A stretch of DNA of 63,257 bases, counting the filler, from Octopus bimaculoides (Eukaryota), in the NCBI RefSeq assembly GCF_001194135.2. It is 10 parts of 9 records of this genome, joined end to end, with 100 filler letters (N's around TTAATTAATTAA, not from the genome) between each part and the next. Parts side by side here need not be neighbours in the genome. Positions count along the whole stretch, not along the records: positions 1 to 17,201 come from NC_068988.1; 9 more parts are not named here. One strand, 5' to 3'. The notes under the pieces are model-generated. The model had not been told where the DNA came from. It saw only the letters and a program-made list of their open reading frames with translations, and ran no database searches. How positions within the stretch are numbered: the first letter of the stretch is position 1; each line of letters starts with the position of its first letter. The translations under genes and the position numbers were made by a program. Shown piece by piece: positions 1 to 11,560 of this stretch.

Positions 1-254
1 TATATATATATATATGCATATACATATATATAGATCAAGAAGCATATTTTTCATCCTCAGATAAATATCATTTACCATACGAATCATTTAAAATTGAGGT
101 GCTATAATTTTCATAATTAGGGTCGTACTACGATCAGACTAGCTTTAAGTAACATGCCGTGTTCTATTGCATTAATTAATTAGCATGTTAATTATATATA
201 TACATATACTAAATTTAACTTACTTTGAAAGTCAATAAACAAAGTTTGCTTCAG

Positions 255-419
255 AAACGTTGAGATGCATTGAAAGATACAGATAAGGAAATAATTTTAT
301 TCTCAAACACAGGATAATTCTAATGACATAGCATGGACAGGATAAACTATCCATATTTTTCCGAAAAATCTGTCGCGGCCAGCAATGAGACTCGAACTCA
401 CATCCCTGTGATTACGCGT
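255..419 (-). mobile_element. Diverged partial copy of the tRNA-headed repeat family seen at 34.2-34.65 kb
   Basis: aaacgttgagatg...caggataat...gcggccagcaatgagactcgaactcaca...gattacgcgt aligns by eye to 34205-34365. Confidence 0.7.
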
Positions 420-1142
420 CCAGTAATTTATATATATATACATATCCTTACACCACTGTGTGTAAAATCTTGCTTTTATGTATTAATATGTACACAGGAT
501 CGCACACAATTTGCTTTGTCTGAAGCTTGTATCATACAGTAGTTTGTATCAATCAATCATTCAAAATTGTATGTATATATATAGTCTCGACGTACCTAGA
601 AATATCAGTAGCTTTCTCCCCGTTCACTCTTAAGTCATTAGGATAGCCAAAATGTGACGTCTCGTAGGATAAGGGACAGCACAATACCTTAAGTGGTGCA
701 ATATTTTCTGGAACAGATTGAACAAGCATGAAGTGAGTAGCTATTTAAAGGAGAGAAAGTTTGCGGGGAGCAAGAATCAAATCCACAAGCTTCCGATTGT
801 GAGTCCAAAGCCATTCCCATTAGTCCATTCTATATGTATTTATGAAATATGTGGGAGGGGGAGGGGTGTCTGTGTTCGTGGAGGGGGCCTGGTGTGTGTG
901 GTTGCATGTGCGCTCGTAAGAGAGGGAGGGGGAGAGAGTAAGAGAAAAACTGATACATAGATTGATAAGAGGGTAGAGATAGTGTGATACATAGATAGAC
1001 TGGTATGTAAATAGATAAGAGGGTGGGCAGCTAGCTTAAATAGATAGACAGATAGACAGACGGGCAGACTGATACACATTTTTATTGGTTTCCATCAATG
1101 TAATGGTCGTATGAATGAAAAGCAGTTAAATTTTTATGAGTG

Positions 1143-1188
1143 CTCAATTGAGAGAGAGAGAGAGAGAAAGAGAGAAAGAGAGAGAGAA

Positions 1189-1233
<45 letters not shown>

Positions 1234-1260
1234 AAGTAAAAGAAGTGTAGAAAGAGAGGT

Positions 1261-1309
<49 letters not shown>

Positions 1310-1310
1310 A
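1143..1310. repeat. (GA)n/(GACA)n microsatellite
   Basis: Direct reading. Confidence 0.95.
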
Positions 1311-1859
1311 TGGTAAGAGAGAAATTGCTACAAATTTAGATACAGGAAGAGTTAGACGCAGAGATATAGATAGAGCTTGAGAGATAAAGTGAGGGAGAAC
1401 GTGAGAAAGAAAGCACTGTGTGTTCTACAGAGAGGGAGTTTACTAGCGATAGCGGGCTGCAACAACATTGTGTGTATGCTTCAATGTGACAAAGGTGCAA
1501 CAGTGAGGTTAAATATCGATACATGCATGACTGGGTTGAAATGTCATTATCGATGACGTGTTTATTGGTTAAATGGCGGCTAGAAACTGTATCACCCAGC
1601 TAGTGTTATATGACATGATAACATTTCGTGGTAAATTTACTGCAATATCTCACGGTTCAGTTTGCTTGTGAAATATTATGGAAAGCAAGAAAAGCAATAT
1701 TTTTAATAATGATGATAATAATGATAACAATAACAATAAAGAGAGCGAGAGAGAGAGAGAGAGGGAGAGAGAGAGAGAGAGAGGCAGACAGACAGACAGA
1801 TAGACAGACAGACACACAGTGTATTCATTATGAATATGATGGTGATACTGGTGTTACAA

Positions 1860-1932
1860 CAGTTGCTGCTGCCGCTGCTGCTGCTGCTGCTGCTGCTGCT
1901 AGTCCTGAGAATGGCATTGTTGTTGTTGTTGT

Positions 1933-1973
<41 letters not shown>

Positions 1974-2177
1974 ATGATGATGATGATGATGGTGGTGGTG
2001 CTGGTACTTGTGTTAATGATGATGATGATGATGGTGGTAGTGGTGAAGAAGATAATGATGGTGGTGGCAGTGGTGATGATATTGAAGTGGAAGATGAGGA
2101 TGGTGATAATGATGATGATGATGATGAAGATGATGATGATGATGATGAGGAGGAGGAGGAGGAGGAGGAAGATGATA

Positions 2178-2212
<35 letters not shown>

Positions 2213-2280
2213 GATGAAGAGGATGATGAAGATGATGGTGATGATGGTGATGATAATGATGATGATGATGATGATGAAAA
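1860..2280. repeat. Compound (GCT)n/(GTT)n/(GAT)n/(GAG)n trinucleotide tract
   Basis: Direct reading; accounts for the Asp-, Met- and Ile-rich ORFs. Confidence 0.95.
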
Positions 2281-2486
2281 TACTGCCTTCTTTATAGCCA
2301 CAAATACTGAAAGACATAAAATGCAATGAAACGTTAAAGACAGTATGCAATGTAGTTTACAATACACGTGAGGATGGATAAAGATGTTATATAAACATAA
2401 AGAGGGGAATTTATACGCTAGACGGATAAGCAAAATAAATCTGGACATGAAAATACAGGTATAAAACGCACCACACTTGACACAAA

Positions 2487-2489
<3 letters not shown>

Positions 2490-2580
<91 letters not shown>

Positions 2581-2630
2581 AAGAAGAAGAAGAAGAAGAA
2601 GAAGAAGAAGAAGAAGAAGAAGAAGAAGAA
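2490..2630. repeat. (TAA)n followed by (GAA)n
   Basis: Direct reading. Confidence 0.97.
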
Positions 2631-3382
2631 ATAGACAGAAATCGACAATAATAAGAAATAGACAAAGAAATAGACAGACAAAAATCCCAGCAACGGTTGA
2701 GAAGCTTAGAACTCGAGACTGAAGGATTATTAATTGCTGCACAAGACCAAAGCCTCCCCACCAGAAATTACCAAAAGCATATAATGAAAAGAAACATAAC
2801 AAGTAACTGCAGAATATGTGGAGATTGACAAGAAACAATAAATCATATTATTCTCTGGCTGCCTAGTCCTGGTTAAGAAGGAATATATTCACAGATACGA
2901 CAGAGCTGGGACCTATATACACTGGAAGCTATGCCACCACTATGGAATAACAACAGAAAAAAGATGGTATAAACACACGCCAGAAAATGTCACAGAAAAC
3001 GAGAAATCAACCATACTATGGGATATGCCAATAAACACAGATAGAGAAATTAAGGCCAATGGACCAGATATAGTGTCAAAGATCATGAAGGAAAAATGCT
3101 TTCTAATTGATGTATCAATACTAGCAGATGGCATCGTTGCCCTAAAAGAAATGCAGAAACTTTCAAGATACAAAGACCTGGAAATAGAGGTAACTCGAAT
3201 GTGGAATCTAAAAAAAAACAGAAACAATTCCTATCATAGTAGGTGCCTTAGGTAAAAAAAAAAAAAAAAAATTCAGACAAATATAGAACAAAAACACCAG
3301 GACTTACAAATATATTTAACATACAGAAAATCACACTACTGGGCACTGCACACATCCTACACAAAACACTTTCAATACAGTA
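2631..3382 (+). mobile_element. R4/Dong-like non-LTR retrotransposon 3' fragment (CCHC knuckle + restriction-like endonuclease), disrupted
   Basis: Translation ETEGLLIAAQDQSLPTRNYQKH...CRICG..ETINHI...LWDMPINTDREIKANGPDIV...LIDVSI...KLSRYKDLEIEVTRMW...LLGTAHIL. Confidence 0.85.
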
Positions 3383-3639
3383 CGTTGAAATATGTTGCCT
3401 CAGGGCATGCATATTTTACAGCAACACTGCATACATATGTATAATATGACTATGACATCGTGGGCATATGAAATCTATAGATATTTATCTTTGTTTTTAA
3501 AAGTAAGATAAGTTCACACACGACTATCAAATTTTAAGAATGCATACTTTTATAACACATAATGCTTTAGACAAATAAATACTTAACTAATACAATGACT
3601 TACACTCAAACCGTTAGGAAATATATGTCTCATAAGGCG

Positions 3640-3865
3640 TTACAGTGACTGAGATAACTAGGCCCCTTTCCATCGTATGGTCCATCGAATTGTAACTTTA
3701 CCAGTTATTGATGAAACTCATTTGCAGCTGAAGGAACTGTAACAACGTGAAATGACTTGCTTTCACCAAGAAAAACACCCCGCACAATGCTCCCCCGTAT
3801 CTGGAATTGAAACCACGATATTATTACTGTTAGTACTACACTTCAACCATGTTGCCACGCGCTGC
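3640..3865 (-). mobile_element. Degraded tRNA-derived SINE with CORE-like segment
   Basis: gtgaaatgacttgc...ctggaattgaaaccacg resembles a reversed B-box plus CORE. Confidence 0.5.
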
Positions 3866-4559
3866 CAAGAAAGAAAGTATGCATGCAGGACGAAGCTACA
3901 AACTACAAAAATATAGAACCAATGAGCTTCAAATCATTGAAGTGAAAAAAAAAAACAAGAAAAAAAGAACGCGAGTAAATGCATTAGACGCTTGTATTTC
4001 ATAACATCCGCTGATGAAGGTTGATTATTCACCGGCATACGTATTAGCTGTCCTGGGCAAGATGTTTTTGCGTAAGAAAGAGTGTTTGTCATGCACATTA
4101 ACCGCCTCTCCGTGATGTTTATCCATGATATTGGCCACCGACTTGGGTTAATATACTGAGGCAGCAGAGTCGGAACAAATTCCACAAAGCATTTTGCCTG
4201 AGGGCATTCCACTGTTGCCACCCCACTATCGTGTTTCGTATTTTTGTAATCGATACTGAAAGGATGAAAGTTAAAGTTGTTCTGTATTTAAAATCGGAGC
4301 ATAAACATGGATTATTCTGAATGCAGGCTCTAACGACTCTGTTAATTTGCCGCGTTAAGCAAAAACATAATGAAACAGATGCTTAGTGAAGCCAAACAAA
4401 AGCAAATAACAATATCATTAGGTTAAATCAAATCTATAACTGAATGGCCACATAGATTACAAAGGAAAGAGGTATTCCATCAGATTGTGTCATAAAAGTA
4501 TATCACACAAAAACAACCAGCAGCCGAGAAGGACAAAGTAGAATAAAAGACAAAGGAGT

Positions 4560-4586
4560 ATGATAGATAGATAGATAGATAGACAT

Positions 4587-4651
<65 letters not shown>

Positions 4652-4720
4652 GAGCGAAAAAAGAGGAAGAGACAGTGACAAAGAGGGACAGAAAGAGAGG
4701 GGTGGAGAGAGAGAAAAAGT

Positions 4721-4760
<40 letters not shown>
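4560..4760. repeat. (GATA)n and (GA)n microsatellites
   Basis: Direct reading. Confidence 0.95.
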
Positions 4761-4761
<1 letters not shown>

Positions 4762-4799
4762 AATACAACATTACAACACATGAAAAAGGTAAAAAAACT

Positions 4800-5570
4800 A
4801 AAGGGCAACTAAGCTCATCTAAACGATGGACAACTAACGAAACGAATTATCTCGCTCTCATTATGAAAAGAGATTATGGTTCTTGGGAAAAAAATGTGTA
4901 GTTCTACTGCAGTCTAGTTGGATTTCACTGAGAACTTTCTAGAATAGAAAGCAGAAGCCTCTGCAATAAGCAAGTGGAATAATTTTAGGGAGATATGTGA
5001 CCAGGAAAATAGTTGCAAGCCAAAAAAAAAAAAAAATGTAACAAGTGTAACAGGACAAACATGAAGATATATAACTAGAGATATATAACTAAATACAATT
5101 GGACCCTTAAAAATCACGAAGAAATAGAAAGCCCACGGAGAAAATATTTCAAACAGATAAAATACCAGCCACGTATGTGTAAAGTAAAATAGCAGACATG
5201 TTATGGTATACTGAGAGAGCTAGAAGCAAGAGTATAAATAATCTTAATCGTAAGATGTACAGACCCATAAAGAACATTCTTATAAAATATGAAACTGTAA
5301 CTGTAATATTACCCCTGAGAAAATATGTTCACTTGGAATGAAGTAACTAATCTCCAGAAGAACAGCCAATTTCACATGGTTGCATAGTCTGACGTGACTG
5401 AAAAGAAAAATCAGTTAGTGATATAGAATGCATAGCAAGAGAAAGACTTCCAGCATGATATTGAATGACTACCAATAGGCTTTTGATATTGTTCTCTACC
5501 CGACGATTCTGGAAATACTAGCTACAGCTAAGGTAACACGAATTTTAAGACGGTATTGAATATATTCTGC
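4800..5570 (+). mobile_element. Old, heavily decayed R4-like LINE 3' remnant
   Basis: Terminal LEILATAKVTRILRRY resembles the LLGTAxILRxVL end of the R4-like copies. Confidence 0.3.
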
Positions 5571-6859
5571 TCAGCATCGCAAGGTATTTATTTGATGGGT
5601 TAAGACATGCAACGGTTCCAAATTAAACATAAAGGACTAACTTGGTTATGTGAAATATCCATAATAAAAACTTCAAAATTGAATAGTCAGGCTACCGATG
5701 TAAAACAGGCACATATAAATACATGTATTTACATACAAACGTGCATACATACATGCATACATATATATGCATAGATGGTTATGTATATGTGTACACACNN
5801 NNNNNNNNNNNNNNNNNNNNNNNNNNNNNNNNNNNNNNNNNNNNNNNNNNNNNNNNNNNNNNNNNNNNNNNNNNNNNNNNNNNNNNNNNNNNNNNNNNNN
5901 NNNNNNNNNNNNNNNNNNNNNNNNNNNNNNNNNNNNNNNNNNNNNNNNNNNNNNNNNNNNNNNNNNNNNNNNNNNNNNNNNNNNNNNNNNNNNNNNNNNN
6001 NNNNNNNNNNNNNNNNNNNNNNNNNNNNNNNNNTACATACATACATACATATATGCATACGTACATACATACACACGCATCAGTCTATGTATGCGTATAT
6101 GCTCACTGAATGTCTGTGAAAGTACGTTATCCTGTTTTCAGACATCTGCCATCCACGTGTTCTTACTAATACACTCTCATAACTATACCTTCGCATACGT
6201 AACTACAAGTATTATAATTCACATTTCTGATAGCTGATCACGTCATGAAAAATGCTTTTCTCTACAGCAACCTTGACGAAATACGCTAACAGTTTACCTC
6301 TGTTTCCTTCCAATTTCTATCTGCGCTGCAGAAATTAAATTCAGTGACTCGATAGACTTCTACATAGTTTCCATCTACCAATTTCTCACAGATATGGAGC
6401 GGACAGGCTGACAAAGGCGCCGCGTAGTACTCGCACTCGCACACACACCTAGAACAACATCGCTAGTGTGTGAACTTCATTATCACGCAGCAAGCTTGCA
6501 ACTACATACACACATTAATTCTAGTAAAAATGTTCTCATATACGATGTGGTTTTAAAAGATTCCCGGACGGGTTGATGAACCGTAAGACGTGTGGCCAGA
6601 ACCTCCTGGAAAATAACCATAGCGAGGGACATTCCACAGTTGAATTAGAACAGTCACAAACAGTGAAAGAAGACACGCACCCAACACCAGAGCTGAAGAC
6701 ACCTCCGAAAGGGGGTGGCCCCGCCACGTCAAAACGGTAGAGGAGTAGGGGCCGAAACCGGACGTGGTTCCTCCTGATGATGTATTCAGCTAACTGGATC
6801 CTATAAAGGAGCTGTTGTGGTAGCAGACCACGAAATATGGTTGAAATTCCTCAATAAGA

Positions 6860-7672
6860 AATCACTTATTTACGTAAGTTTTAATATTACTACGTTCTAA
6901 ATAGTCACCTTGCGCAGCAGCACACCGTCCTCAAGTTGCTGCCACTTTTGAAATCCGGCCTGAAAGTCGATTTCGGTTAGCGAGTCGAGGACCTTCTGTG
7001 ATTTGTTCTAGATCTCGACAACTGTATTGAAATGGTGACCTTTAAGCTGCATTTTCAAGAGTTGGAAGTCCGCAGTTGCTAAATTTAGCGAATAGGTTGG
7101 ATGCGGAACGCGAAACCATATTGTTTTCGGCGAGAAACACGAGAGTGAGGAGAGTTTTCGCTGACAGAGTGCATTGTCATCGTTATGAGTTCAATTCTTT
7201 CCGCTCCACAGATCCGGTCGCTTTTACCGAATATCCTCCCTCGAACACTTTTAAATTTCCATTGATGGTCTGGCCCTGGGGGTAAGTATTCTCGATGCAC
7301 AATCCCACGTTTCCGGAGGAGACGCTCGTAGCAGGTCTTCCAGATCACTCAGCCTCTTTTGAAGCACTCGTGCCACTCGAAACATTGCGTACCAACCGTT
7401 GCTTCGTAACGGTAAACTCAATGTCTCTATAACAGACTTACTAAGTTTAACGTAGAATTTCACGTTGGATCTTGGTTCCTGTCCATGATGCATTCGCAGA
7501 CAACGGCATACACATGATCGCATAAACACAAATTTCACAACTTACGAAATAAACACAGCGGTGTCACTCGACATGCTGCCTCATGGAGGTCACTGCTAGC
7601 TCTCTCTCTGCGCGTGCAGTCGTGTGCTGCCATCTGCTGGCACGGTACGGAACTAGTCCAGGTAATTTTTGA
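6860..7672 (-). mobile_element. Mariner transposase remnant with deletions and frameshifts
   Basis: EPRSNVKFYVKLSKSVIETL N-terminus; GIVHREYLPPG; C-terminal FQKWQ...AAQGDY. Confidence 0.85.
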
Positions 7673-8944
7673 TACCATCTAAGAGACCTTAATTTAGAAT
7701 ATATATTAGAGTGTTTTACCACGGCGCTGGTAGCTGTGTTGTTGGGAGCTCCACTTATAAATATGGTCTTATAACTAATGTAACTGTTGCGGATGCCTTA
7801 GGTTTCAGTTTTATGCTTGATGTTGGGCATTGTGCTGATCGATGTGTAGGAGTAATTGTAATTAGCGTTACATTTATACACACGCATGCATATATAAAAG
7901 TACACACACACACACGTACGCGCACACGCATGCACACACACATACACACACAAACATAAACGATATAAACAATCACAAGTACGCAACGGAGACATCTCAG
8001 CACTGAAAAGCAAAGCAGCGAAGTCTCATATATTGAAAGTATTCAATGAATGAGAAGTAATTAGAAATAGTGATAAATTACTGGACGGCACGACTTTTAT
8101 ATGTCTCAAGAAATAAAGTTTAAAGTATAAATCACACAAGTAAAATACTTGAAAGCTACGTCCTTTGGTTCTGGTGCATTAACATATATTATCAGGTGAA
8201 TGAGAAATAAAATATCTCAAATTTGCTTTCTAATTATTTTAACAGCCTTTATTTATTTATACTTGAGGAGCAGGTGTTGTTAAATGGTGTTACATCTAAT
8301 ATCACTGGAGGTTTCTGTGGCATTTCTTTTACTGTATTATTGTTGATTTAGTTGAACTATCATTCAGGGAATTTACGATCAATGAATACTAACAGCGTCT
8401 ACCCTCACAATTTGAAGAACATCTAGATTTCCGTTGGCTAATAAGTGTAGATTTCATTTAGTTGGTGGAAGTGAAATTAATACAGTAAGAATTGACTGCC
8501 ATTTCGAGCAGGTGATAGTTGTACCTGCCGTGGTGGTGAATATGCTGGAGACTGTATTCCTGCCATAACTTCAGGTAAAGGATGTGTAGGTACTACGAGG
8601 GTTTGCTTGTATTCTTGTCGGTTCTGATAACAGGCCTGATGCTAATGAGGATATGTTTTGTCCTTATGCTGGTGGTTCAATCTAGACAAAAGTGTAATTA
8701 ATGTTGATGATGACGCTACGCTTATTTTAGTGATGGTTGTATTGCCGGTTGTGTTGTAGTCTCTACTCGTATGCCGTTTGTTGATGATGGTGTTTGTGGA
8801 AACTATTATGGTGGAGGTGGTTTAGTTGTAGACATGCCCGGTAAGTTCAGTCTTCAATTCACAGCAGAGAAACTTCACTCTAAGGAATGTTCACTGCGAA
8901 GAAAGTTCACCAGAAGGAAAATTTACCGGAGAGATAATTGTAAT

Positions 8945-9070
8945 TGTTGGCATTCCGTCGCTTACGACGTCGAGGGTTCCAGTTGATCCGATCAACGGAA
9001 CAGCCTGCTCGTGAAATTAACTTGCAAGTGGCTGAGCACTCGACAGACACGTGTACCCTTAACGTAGTTC
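8945..9070 (-). mobile_element. 3' tail of the SINE family also at 45218-45550 and 50565-50745
   Basis: cgtcgcttacgacgtcgagggttccagttgatccgatcaacggaacagcc...gtacccttaacgtagttc nearly identical to 50575-50710. Confidence 0.85.
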
Positions 9071-10207
9071 NNNNNNNNNNNNNNNNNNNNNNNNNNNNNN
9101 NNNNNNNNNNNNNNNNNNNNNNNNNNNNNNNNNNNNNNNNNNNNNNNNNNNNNNNNNNNNNNNNNNNNNNNNNNNNNNNNNNNNNNNNNNNNNNNNNNNN
9201 NNNNNNNNNNNNNNNNNNNNNNNNNNNNNNNNNNNNNNNNNNNNNNNNNNNNNNNNNNNNNNNNNNNNNNNNNNNNNNNNNNNNNNNNNNNNNNNNNNNN
9301 NNNNNNNNNNNNNNNNNNNNNNNNNNNNNNNNNNNNNNNNNNNNNNNNNNNNNNNNNNNNNNNNNNNNNNNNNNNNNNNNNNNNNNNNNNNNNNNNNNNN
9401 NNNNNNNNNNNNNNNNNNNNNNNNNNNNNNNNNNNNNNNNNNNNNNNNNNNNNNNNNNNNNNNNNNNNNNNNNNNNNNNNNNNNNNNNNNNNNNNNNNNN
9501 NNNNNNNNNNNNNNNNNNNNNNNNNNNNNNNNNNNNNNNNNNNNNNNNNNNNNNNNNNNNNNNNNNNNNNNNNNNNNNNNNNNNNNNNNNNNNNNNNNNN
9601 NNNNNNNNNNNNNNNNNNNNNNNNNNNNNNNNNNNNNNNNNNNNNNNNNNNNNNNNNNNNNNNNNNNNNNNNNNNNNNNNNNNNNNNNNNNNNNNNNNNN
9701 NNNNNNNNNNNNNNNNNNNNNNNNNNNNNNNNNNNNNNNNNNNNNNNNNNNNNNNNNNNNNNNNNNNNNNNNNNNNNNNNNNNNNNNNNNNNNNNNNNNN
9801 NNNNNNNNNNNNNNNNNNNNNNNNNNNNNNNNNNNNNNNNNNNTATATACACATACACACATACACATACATATGTATGTATGTATATGTGTATATTTTC
9901 ATAGATATTCCCTTCTATTTTTATATACAGCTGTGCATGCATACTTAACTATTCCTTTTTCTTTCTCATTCTCTCATCGTTTTTCAGATACATATGTGTA
10001 TGTATGTCAGTGGAGGTGTACGCTAGTGTGTGTGTGTATGTATGTATGTATGTTTATATGTATATGCGTTTGAGCGTCTATGTGCGTGCGCGAGCACAAG
10101 AATATATAATTATATACGCAATTATAAATACGATTAGCTAATTATACACATTTACATACACAGATACGGGCACATATTATTAATGAAAATGTATGAGACA
10201 TGTGTGT

Positions 10208-10274
<67 letters not shown>

Positions 10275-11055
10275 AGGGTGGGAGAGACGGCGTGGATAGA
10301 AGGAAATAGAAAAAGTGAAAAGTCGGAGAGAGAACTTATGCGTGTGTTCCCTGTCAATGACTGTATATATGTGTAAACGTATGTCTTTGTTCATATATAT
10401 TTCTAGCTACTATTGATCTAAATAAACATATATATATACGATGAAATCAGCTATAAAGATATCGTATTCCATAAATACGTAGAGTTTAGTTAGGTCAATC
10501 ATCCCTAGAATAACTTTTGTCTGATCGGCACCAAAATTGCCAGACTCTCTAGGGAACATATGATTTGGTTTGGGAATTATATATTTTGCTTTCACTACAT
10601 TTAATGCCGAAATTTTTTCGAATGGCTATTTGTTATCGCGAAGATGTCTGCGATGGCTTGGCGTTCGGTGGAAAGTGGTGTTTGGGAGGGTGGTAGTAAA
10701 CGAAATGGATAAAATGTAGGGAATGCACGTGGGTGTGCGTGTGCCTGTGTGTGTGTGCTTGTGAGTGTGTATGCGTGTGAGAGTGTACGTGCGTGTCTTA
10801 ATGTTTCTTTATCTGAACGGAGAGAGATGTAGAGAGATTGAATAGAGAAAATAATGAGTGTGAGATAATTAGTTTTCTTAGTTGTAGCTTTTTACTGTTT
10901 TTCCATAAATAATTTTCTAATCCATAGATTTTAGTACTGGCTTTTATTTCTTCCTCTGTCTTTCTGTCGTTCTCTCTCACCTTCTGTCTATATTTGCATG
11001 TATACACACACACACATATATGTATGCATATATATGTACGTGTTTATGTGTATAA

Positions 11056-11090
<35 letters not shown>

Positions 11091-11528
11091 GCTATGGGTG
11101 TATACATGTAAACATAATAAATACGTGGAATCNNNNNNNNNNNNNNNNNNNNNNNNNNNNNNNNNNNNNNNNNNNNNNNNNNNNNNNNNNNNNNNNNNNN
11201 NNNNNNNNNNNNNNNNNNNNNNNNNNNNNNNNNNNNNNNNNNNNNNNNNNNNNNNNNNNNNNNNNNNNNNNNNNNNNNNNNNNNNNNNNNNNNNNNNNNN
11301 NNNNNNNNNNNNNNNNNNNNNNNNNNNNNNNNNNNNNNNNNNNNNNNNNNNNNNNNNNNNNNNNNNNNNNNNNNNNNNNNNNNNNNNNNNNNNNNNNNNN
11401 NNNNNNNNNNNNNNNNNNNNNNNNNNNNNNNNNNNNNNNNNNNNNNNNNNNNNNNNNNNNNNNNNNNNNNNNNNNNNNNNNNNNNNNNNNNNNNNNNNNN
11501 NNNNNNNTATATATACATATATATATAC

Positions 11529-11560
<32 letters not shown>

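Noticed and set aside
1628-2838. Long Asp-, Ile-, Met-, Leu- and Ser-rich ORFs (155-288 aa)
   Set aside because: They are translations of (GAT)n/(TAA)n/(GAA)n microsatellites; no splice context or domain.
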